DNA of 6,105 nucleotides from a virus (Duplodnaviria; Heunggongvirae; Uroviricota; Caudoviricetes): IMG/VR virus record IMGVR_UViG_2529292872_000016; one strand, 5' to 3'. Shown piece by piece: positions 1 to 5,038 of this stretch (position 1 is its first letter; each line of letters starts with the position of its first letter). The notes under the pieces were generated by a model. It saw only the letters and a program-made list of their open reading frames with translations, ran no database searches and was not told where the DNA came from. The position numbers and the translations under genes were made by a program.

Positions 1-1223
1 CCGTAGTCGGTCGTTGTCGCCGGCCGGCGGTTAGGTTGTACGTTCGGTGCCTTACCACTGATGAAGGCTGAGGTGCGCCCGGCTGCGTTCAGAATAGCGG
101 TTGCCAGACGATCCGGAATAATGCTCCTGCGCGCCCATGAACTGAAATGTGTCGGGCGGTTTGATGATACCTGGTTTCCATTCGTTCTCGATGCCGCACC
201 GTAATATCCTGATGCCGGAATATCCGGATCTTCTGCCGGCGCGTTAGTGGCGGTATTGACGCCGTTACCGTCTGTCATGAAGGGCACAAAATAAACGCCC
301 TCACTCTCCCTGTTTTTATACCCGCCGTACACGGTGTCGTACTGGGTAGCGTATGTATTTTTCCAGTAATACGTCGTGTCACCACAAATCCACGGCACAT
401 CTGCAGCACTGCCACCATGGCACTGCGCGTTAAACACGGAGAGGTCAGCACGAAACTGTGTCAGCATGGCTGTAAACAGCGCAGGTTGCTGTGCGTGGGT
501 GGCGGCGCTCATGTCAAACTCTCCCTGCATCCAGCACACCGCCAGCAACACATTTTTCGGGTTCTTCTGTAATGCAGCTTTAGTGCGCGCAATCAGGTCC
601 TGATATAACGGTTTACCCACACCCCAGCGTGCCGAATCCTGGCTGGCCCCCGTGTCCGCACTGAATGTCCCCTCAGCGCCCTGGGTGAATGCAGAACCAC
701 CACGACAGCATGGTACCAGCAGGATCCCCGCGTTATTCGGGATATACGGAAGCAGTTTTTTGGCAATATGTAAGCCCTGGCCGACACAGCCGTACTGCCC
801 TTTGCTCAGGTCTGCCTTCGGATGATTCAGCGTACTCATATCCTGCACATCATGCAGGCAGTGGTCAGCCGGAATGATGTCGTTATACGTACAACTCTCT
901 CCACCCGGAGTTACCGTGCTGCGGCGCGCCAGCTGTTTAATGCGCGGATCCGGAGCATCGTAAGAATCCGGTAACGGAAGCCCTTCACCGTAGGCCATGC
1001 CGTTGGACTGTCCGGCAAGCACAACCACGTAGAACCAGTCCGGCTTAGATGAAGGGCCGACCTGTGGATCTCCTTCAATAGCCACCGCCTGCATCAGTGT
1101 GTACGGCGTAATGGCAACCGGTCCGCCGTATGGCTGCCAGCCCTCTTTCAGTTTGTGTGTCAGCTTTTCCGCAAGGTCTGACGGCGACGCCGCCCTGACA
1201 ACATCATAGTGTTTAAATGCCAT
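1..1223 (-). CDS. nanS-p: Prophage sialate O-acetylesterase, NanS-p-like (SGNH/SASA esterase); 5' portion only, 3' end lies beyond the left window edge
   Basis: Minus-strand ATG at 1223-1221 preceded by GGGAGG (plus-strand cctccc 1228-1233). My manual translation stays open to position 1 (about 407 codons) and begins MAFKHYDVVRAASPSDLAEKL...; it contains the SGNH/SASA block VVLAGQSNGMAYGEG about 70 codons in. The ORF track omits it because it has no stop inside the window. The short track ORFs 376-603, 593-787 and 689-877 are alternative frames within it. A DUF1737-like N-terminus is from memory, not verified. Confidence 0.75.
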   Translation of the reverse strand, partial: MAFKHYDVVRAASPSDLAEKLTHKLKEGWQPYGGPVAITPYTLMQAVAIEGDPQVGPSSKPDWFYVVVLAGQSNGMAYGEGLPLPDSYDAPDPRIKQLARRSTVTPGGESCTYNDIIPADHCLHDVQDMSTLNHPKADLSKGQYGCVGQGLHIAKKLLPYIPNNAGILLVPCCRGGSAFTQGAEGTFSADTGASQDSARWGVGKPLYQDLIARTKAALQKNPKNVLLAVCWMQGEFDMSAATHAQQPALFTAMLTQFRADLSVFNAQCHGGSAADVPWICGDTTYYWKNTYATQYDTVYGGYKNRESEGVYFVPFMTDGNGVNTATNAPAEDPDIPASGYYGAASRTNGNQVSSNRPTHFSSWARRSIIPDRLATAILNAAGRTSAFISGKAPNVQPNRRPATTTDY

Positions 1224-1416
1224 GAATCCTCCCGGCCGGGATAATATTGTGAGTAAAATGAGGAGCGGGCTGAAGTCCGGAAGTTACAGGACAATGGCAG
1301 AAGAGAGACAACAGCCCGCAATACGAAAAAGGCCGCGCTATTGCGCAGAGTGATTACTGTCGGATATTATTCGCCAGCTGAAATATTACTTCACGTTTTG
1401 TTGTTTATTCCTTGCC

Positions 1417-1444
1417 GCCCGCGCTCCCTGCGCGGGCTTTTTTT
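1417..1444 (+). terminator. Intrinsic (rho-independent) terminator-like hairpin plus T7 tract, plus-strand orientation
   Basis: GCCCGCGC (1417-1424), loop tccct, GCGCGGGC (1430-1437): a perfect 8-bp G/C stem, immediately followed by TTTTTTT (1438-1444). No plus-strand gene is evident upstream, so it is an orphan. Confidence 0.5.
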
Positions 1445-1671
1445 GTCCATAAGAAAGCCCCTCCGGAGAGGGGCTGGAGAGTGGCGCTATGTGCCATTGC
1501 ATGGTGCCGGGTGCCTCCCGGTGAATTCAGTACCAGCACCTGAATCCGCGATTATCCCATATACCTACTCGCTGATTGCCCCTCCGCACAGGGGGATTCA
1601 CCATGCCAGTTTCTTTTAACAAACTCCCCGCAAACCAGACAACAGTCAACCGCCTGAATTGTGAGACATTT

Positions 1672-1697
1672 AAAAAAAAGGCCCGCAAAAGCGAGCC
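1672..1697 (-). terminator. Intrinsic terminator downstream of the tRNA cluster (minus strand)
   Basis: Minus-strand RNA would form GCUCGC-UUUU-GCGGGC (plus coords 1680-1697; 6-7 bp stem including one G.U pair) followed by a U8 tract (plus-strand A8 at 1672-1679). It lies 15 nt past the 3' CCA of the Arg-UCU tRNA. Confidence 0.6.
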
Positions 1698-1711
1698 AGG
1701 GAAAATAAGTG

Positions 1712-1788
1712 TGGCGCGTTGTACTGGATTCGAACCAGTGACCGATTGCTTAGAAGGCAATTGCTCTGTCCGGCTGAGCTAACAACGC
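1712..1788 (-). tRNA. argO: tRNA-Arg, anticodon UCU
   Basis: Reverse complement gives a 77-nt cloverleaf: GCGTTGT TA GCTC AGCCGGACA GAGC A ATTGC CTTCTAA GCAAT CGGTC ACTGG TTCGAAT CCAGT ACAACGC G CCA. Acceptor stem is 7/7 paired, T-loop is TTCGAAT, and CCA is encoded. Anticodon loop CU-UCU-AA. Gene symbol is assigned from its position in the Stx-phage ileZ-argN-argO order. Confidence 0.9.
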
Positions 1789-1801
1789 AGGATACAGATA
1801 A

Positions 1802-1878
1802 TGGACCGCCTTCGGGGACCCGAACTCCGCGCAACCAGCTTCGAAAGCTGGCGCTCTTTCCTGATGAGCTAATGGCGG
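1802..1878 (-). tRNA. argN: tRNA-Arg-like, anticodon UCG, with non-canonical features (possibly weakly functional or pseudo)
   Basis: Reverse complement: CCGCCAT TA GCTC ATCAGGAAA GAGC G CCAGC TTTCGAA GCTGG TTGCG CGGAG TTCGGGT CCCCG AAGGCGG T CCA (77 nt). D-arm and anticodon arm are perfect. The acceptor stem has one A-A mismatch, the T-stem one A-C mismatch, the T-loop has G where A58 is usual, and the discriminator is U. Anticodon loop UU-UCG-AA. Confidence 0.55.
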
Positions 1879-1885
1879 TATGTGA

Positions 1886-1961
1886 TGGTGGCCCTTGCTG
1901 GATTTGAACCAGCGACCTGGCGATTATGAGTCGCTCGCTCTCACCACTGAGCTAAAGGGCC
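1886..1961 (-). tRNA. ileZ: tRNA-Ile2-like, anticodon CAU (ileX/ileZ-type, presumably lysidine-modified to read AUA; elongator Met cannot be excluded from sequence alone)
   Basis: Reverse complement: GGCCCTT TA GCTC AGTGGTGA GAGC G AGCGA CTCATAA TCGCC AGGTC GCTGG TTCAAAT CCAGC AAGGGCC A CCA (76 nt). Acceptor and T stems are perfect and CCA is encoded. Overall it closely resembles E. coli ileX as I recall it. Confidence 0.88.
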
Positions 1962-1989
1962 GAGCCAAAAAATAATAATCAGATGAAAA

Positions 1990-2703
1990 TCAATAATCAA
2001 GCCCTTGCCTGGATACATATCTGTCTGGCGGGAAGCCATAATAGCGGTGAAATACAGAAATAAAGTAGGACCGGCTTGAATAACCACATTTTTCTGCTAC
2101 AGCCTGTCCATATCCATACCGGGAACATAACATATTTACAGCAACACGCATCCGCTCTTCCAGCAACAAGCGACTGAACATGCCCCCTTCATTTTTCAGT
2201 TTTGTCTTTAACAAACTCTCACTCATATGCAACTGTAGAGCAATCGCACCAAGCGTCCAGCTTGCTGATATATCTGTCTGAATTATCGCCCTGACTTTGG
2301 CACTTATGCTGGATAAACATCCACTTAAAAACAATGACATCCGTTCATCTGTTTCAAACAGAGACAGGCAGGCCATCATAAGAAACATATCCGTGACCTC
2401 TCCGGAAAATCCCTGGCTGGTAATTAAAGCCGCAGCCAACGCAGGATTGTTGGGTTCCAGTGACAGATAAAGCGGAACGTCAGTCAGATGAGTTCTTGTC
2501 AGCTTATGCTGAATTTCCAGATATTGACTTACTATGGAATGGTTTATATCGAAAATTTTAACTTTGCCATAATGCATAAGGAAAAGCGCCCTGATGCATT
2601 TGGTGGCCAGAACGACTGAGCCGGGCTTAAGTGACAACGTATCCTTTTCAAGAAAAATATTAATTGGGGAGCAAACCATGATAACTGAACAGACAACAAC
2701 CAT
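1990..2703 (-). CDS. AraC/XylS-family transcriptional regulator, small AppY/GadX/Rns-like type without a sugar-binding domain (237 aa)
   Basis: Track ORF 1990..2703. The C-terminal ~100 aa carry the twin helix-turn-helix AraC signature (WTLGAIALQLHMSESLLKTKLKNEGGMFSRLLLEERMRVAVNML...GYGQAVAEKCGYSSRSYFISVFHRYYGFPPDRY). The N-terminus MVVVCSVIMVCS... resembles the AppY-type N-terminus. The gene is AT-rich with multiple ATA/AGA/AGG codons. Confidence 0.9.
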   Translation of the reverse strand: MVVVCSVIMVCSPINIFLEKDTLSLKPGSVVLATKCIRALFLMHYGKVKIFDINHSIVSQYLEIQHKLTRTHLTDVPLYLSLEPNNPALAAALITSQGFSGEVTDMFLMMACLSLFETDERMSLFLSGCLSSISAKVRAIIQTDISASWTLGAIALQLHMSESLLKTKLKNEGGMFSRLLLEERMRVAVNMLCSRYGYGQAVAEKCGYSSRSYFISVFHRYYGFPPDRYVSRQGLDY

Positions 2704-2738
2704 TATAATTTTACTTTCATTAGCAATTGGTTAGTTCA

Positions 2739-2769
2739 ATTATAGCCCCAAAAGGTAAATTATCATCAA
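2739..2769 (-). promoter_or_regulatory. Candidate sigma70 promoter for the AraC-family gene
   Basis: Minus strand TTGATG (-35; plus 2764-2769), 19-bp spacer, TATAAT (-10; plus 2739-2744), about 36 nt upstream of the ATG at 2703. The -10 is perfect but the spacer is long, so this is tentative. Confidence 0.3.
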
Positions 2770-2830
2770 CACATAAGCAAAGGACTGACAGGTGCCCCTT
2801 ACACCCACCAGCCGCCCATTTACCACAAAT

Positions 2831-2854
2831 AAAAAAGCCTTCAGGACTGAAGGC
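2831..2854 (-). terminator. Intrinsic terminator (minus strand) between the CPBP gene region and the AraC-family gene
   Basis: Minus-strand RNA: GCCUUCAGUCCUGAAGGC (7-bp stem, 4-nt loop; plus 2837-2854) followed by UUUUUU (plus-strand A6 at 2831-2836). Confidence 0.5.
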
Positions 2855-2911
2855 GTCTGTAACAACCAAACTGATAGTCTGCCAGACCCGCCATAACCAG
2901 CTGGGTCAGTA

Positions 2912-3037
2912 TTAACTGGCAGCGTTCGCGTGAAAGGTAAGTATTCTGCGCAATCTCCCCGACTGTCGCCGGTCGGTAACGCTTAATTCATTAAACACCA
3001 CTCTGGCGGTTTCTGTCATATCCTGCTGTTTCAGCAT
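2912..3037 (-). CDS. Candidate small ORF (41 codons), hypothetical; very tentative
   Basis: Minus-strand ATG at 3037-3035 with purine-rich GGAAAGGGAAAAAGAC upstream; translation MLKQQDMTETARVVFNELSVTDRRQSGRLRRILTFHANAAS, stop TAA at 2914-2912. It sits between two minus-strand terminators. No recognisable domain; could be a gene remnant or non-coding. Confidence 0.15.
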   Translation of the reverse strand: MLKQQDMTETARVVFNELSVTDRRQSGRLRRILTFHANAAS

Positions 3038-3160
3038 GTCTTTTTCCCTTTCCGGTTAACGTGACACACCAATAACTCTTGTCGAAAAAGCCAGCAAGCT
3101 GAAAGACCGGTATTAATAACCACCAGCGACATTTAACGCACTGCGCTACTTTGCGGGCAC

Positions 3161-3182
3161 AAAAAACCCGCTCAGAGGCGGG
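3161..3182 (-). terminator. Intrinsic terminator downstream of the CPBP protease gene (minus strand)
   Basis: Minus-strand RNA: CCCGC-CUCUGA-GCGGG (plus 3167-3182; 5-bp all-G/C stem) followed by UUUUUU (plus-strand A6 at 3161-3166); about 140 nt past the CDS stop at 3324. Confidence 0.55.
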
Positions 3183-3323
3183 GTCAAGCTATGCGGCGAA
3201 ATAACCACTCTTAACAGCATACCTGATTTTTTACGTACGTAAATGCTTTGCCGTGCATATTTTTCATGCAAATGTCACGTCCTGCTATTTTTCAGTCTTA
3301 TAAATTTAAAACCATAGAAAAAA

Positions 3324-4142
3324 TCAATTATGTTTTAAAAATGGATAGGTAAAGAATAACAAGTGACACAGATTCAAACCAAAATGGAAAAGGGTGGCAA
3401 CCCACAAACGCCCACTCCACATCCATGACAATCCATACACAACACCAGATAACGTGGCAAATAATACAAGTAAAGCACCACCTGAATAGTGATAAAAACC
3501 AAACAACAAAGCCGCCACAATTAATGCAACCAATGGAGACGTTACTTCTGATAGCCGTGATTGAATATACCCTCTAAATAATGATTCCTCTGCCAGAGAC
3601 ACAAAAAACAAATTAGCCAATATAAACTCTGGCAACCACTCAGGAAAATGAATCTCTGGCTTTAATCCACCAAAAAAAACAGCCAAAAACAGGATAAGAG
3701 GAACAGAGAGCGACAGAGCCCCCCACTTCCACAAAGACACTTCTGATTTTACTTCTTTTTTAAACAAAGAAGATGTACACAGGACTAACAAAAATGGCAC
3801 CAGCGCTTTATCAAAATTAAAATACATTGTATAGGGAGTACTTTGAGGGCCAACAGTAACAGAATTTAGCACTACAGGATTGTGAAACCCTGGCCATAGA
3901 TGGAAAAATAATGCTATGGCTGATAAAACTATGCCAACTTCATATATAGATTTAGCCCAGGCGTTATATTTCCAGTTGAACTTCAAAATAATAAAAAAAA
4001 CGATTGTAGCAACAAAAAATAACACCGACCAATCAATAATATCATTAAGCACAGCCAGGACAACAGACACCGTCAACAATGAAAAAGCCACTACCTTATG
4101 CCAACTGAGAGTTGACAGTGACAGTACTAACACAATCCACAT
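3324..4142 (-). CDS. CPBP-family (CAAX protease / Abi, PF02517-type) polytopic intramembrane metalloprotease, 272 aa
   Basis: Track ORF 3324..4148. I place the start at ATG 4142-4140 because a perfect AAGGAG (plus 4148-4153) lies 5 nt upstream; the track start at 4148 is a GTG inside that SD. The protein is highly hydrophobic with multiple predicted TM helices and all three CPBP motifs in the canonical order: EExxxR (LAEESLFRGY), FxxxH (LFGFYHY) and HxxxN (HFGLNLCH). The gene is very AT-rich. Confidence 0.8.
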   Translation of the reverse strand: MWIVLVLSLSTLSWHKVVAFSLLTVSVVLAVLNDIIDWSVLFFVATIVFFIILKFNWKYNAWAKSIYEVGIVLSAIALFFHLWPGFHNPVVLNSVTVGPQSTPYTMYFNFDKALVPFLLVLCTSSLFKKEVKSEVSLWKWGALSLSVPLILFLAVFFGGLKPEIHFPEWLPEFILANLFFVSLAEESLFRGYIQSRLSEVTSPLVALIVAALLFGFYHYSGGALLVLFATLSGVVYGLSWMWSGRLWVATLFHFGLNLCHLLFFTYPFLKHN

Positions 4143-4173
4143 AAGCACTCCTTTTATTTAATGATGAAGATTG

Positions 4174-4202
4174 ATTATCAATATTTTCAATTCACCAGGC
4201 AA
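4174..4202 (-). promoter_or_regulatory. Candidate sigma70 promoter in the Q-to-CPBP intergenic region (either the late promoter pR' equivalent or the cargo gene's own promoter)
   Basis: Minus strand TTGCCT (-35; plus 4197-4202), 17-bp spacer, GATAAT (-10; plus 4174-4179), about 31 nt upstream of the CPBP ATG. It lies in the 145-bp AT-rich gap after the Q stop, the position where lambdoid phages carry pR'. Confidence 0.3.
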
Positions 4203-4293
4203 CATTTTATCTACCTTCCACAATACATGACCATCAAAAAATAAACATGTTAATTATAAACACAGAAAACATAACCCTCATCACTATATATCC

Positions 4294-4665
4294 CTACCGC
4301 ATATCCATATCTAACCGGACATTCAGAGCCATAAGCATTCCTTCAATAATACCTTCCGCTTTATAAAGCCTTTTACCAATAAGCCCATCAGAACATCTAT
4401 GCTTACGTGCAAGAGCCATAAATGTCATTCCACCTACGTAATAATCCACCAACAAATCGTGCAAATACTGATTATTCTTGTTTAATCGTGCCATACAACC
4501 ACAAATTATCATGGCGTCATCATCAGAACACTTAGGACGTGATTTCACTTTAGTCGGGATTAATCCTTTAAAACCAGCAGCTATCGAGGGCCATGTTACA
4601 TCTTCATGATTATTTGCTGCCCATGCCCCCCATCGCTCAAGAACCATCTGGATATCACGCGCCAT
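4294..4665 (-). CDS. Q: Phage late-gene antiterminator Q, short 82/DLP12 (QuuD-like) type, 123 aa
   Basis: Track ORF 4294..4674. I prefer ATG 4665-4663, preceded by GAGGTG (plus 4672-4677, 6-nt spacer), giving [25 protein letters not shown]...; this closely matches my recollection of DLP12 QuuD, including the [16 protein letters not shown] zinc-binding-type motif. It sits directly downstream of rusA, as in DLP12. Confidence 0.8.
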   Translation of the reverse strand: MARDIQMVLERWGAWAANNHEDVTWPSIAAGFKGLIPTKVKSRPKCSDDDAMIICGCMARLNKNNQYLHDLLVDYYVGGMTFMALARKHRCSDGLIGKRLYKAEGIIEGMLMALNVRLDMDMR

Positions 4666-5026
4666 CGTTACCACCTCTGATTTCGTAAATCTTCACGCCC
4701 AGCCGTCCACCTGGCACAGGCTGACCGCGCACAATATTGATTTCATCAAACTGCTCGTCATCAATGAGCACTTCCGCATGCGTCAGCGCATCCAGCGGTG
4801 CTTTCAGAATGTTGTCCAGGTCACGGCGGCGCTTATCCGGTGGTTCTGCAATAATTTTTATTGCCAGCCGTCCGGACAGGCTTAATTTCAGCCGCTGCTG
4901 GCGAACAATAAGCGCCACAGCCCGGCGATAACGCTCACCGGCTTTTGATACAAAATATGTGCTGCCACGACGTCGCCAGTAGGTGTTCACCGTCGGCGGG
5001 TAAGGCAAAACAAACTCTATACGCAT
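4655..5026 (-). CDS. rusA: RusA-family Holliday junction resolvase (123 aa)
   Basis: Track ORF 4655..5026. ATG at 5026 is preceded by AAGAGG (plus cctctt 5033-5038). The catalytic-region signature [23 protein letters not shown] matches the RusA D-x-D-N acidic motif, and the size and the position before Q are typical. Confidence 0.85.
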   Translation of the reverse strand: MRIEFVLPYPPTVNTYWRRRGSTYFVSKAGERYRRAVALIVRQQRLKLSLSGRLAIKIIAEPPDKRRRDLDNILKAPLDALTHAEVLIDDEQFDEINIVRGQPVPGGRLGVKIYEIRGGNDGA

Positions 5027-5038
5027 CAGTAACCTCTT

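Noticed and set aside
376-877. Track ORFs 376-603 (+), 593-787 (-), 689-877 (+)
   Set aside because: They lie inside the long edge-truncated minus-strand esterase ORF (1..1223), which has a clear SD and the SGNH motif; they are alternative-frame artefacts of GC-rich coding DNA.
1258-1353. 31-codon plus-strand ORF (MRSGLKSG...) upstream of the orphan terminator
   Set aside because: No convincing ribosome-binding site, arginine-rich low-complexity sequence, and it lies in the esterase upstream region; noted only because a plus-strand terminator follows it.
1224-1711. Search for stxA/stxB or any toxin ORF between the tRNA cluster and the esterase
   Set aside because: Only ~490 bp are available and no ORF longer than a few codons with a start and SD exists on the minus strand; the interval is occupied by hairpins.
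1341-1907. Track ORFs 1341-1619 (+), 1527-1760 (-), 1576-1782 (+), 1719-1907 (+)
   Set aside because: They overlap the three well-folded tRNA genes and the terminator hairpins, with no SD and no recognisable protein features.
2727-2915. Track ORF 2727-2915 (+), 62 aa
   Set aside because: It sits on the opposite strand to all supported genes in an AT-rich intergenic region, overlaps the putative AraC promoter and a minus-strand terminator, and has no SD or recognisable domain.
3916-4161. Track ORF 3916-4161 (+), 81 aa
   Set aside because: Antisense to the 5' end of the CPBP gene; low-complexity T/N/I-rich translation typical of the reverse strand of an AT-rich gene.
1984-4190. Imperfect inverted repeat (TGAAAAT..ATAATCAA) near both ends of the AT-rich island (about 1984-2001 and 4171-4190)
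   Set aside because: Short, imperfect, AT-rich, and the left copy overlaps the last codons of the AraC-family gene; most likely chance. Could be revisited if comparative data place the insertion junctions exactly there.
4142-4674. GTG starts used by the ORF track for the CPBP gene (4148) and Q (4674)
   Set aside because: Each has an in-frame ATG a few codons downstream with a much better Shine-Dalgarno sequence (AAGGAG and GAGGTG respectively); the GTG at 4148 lies inside the SD itself.
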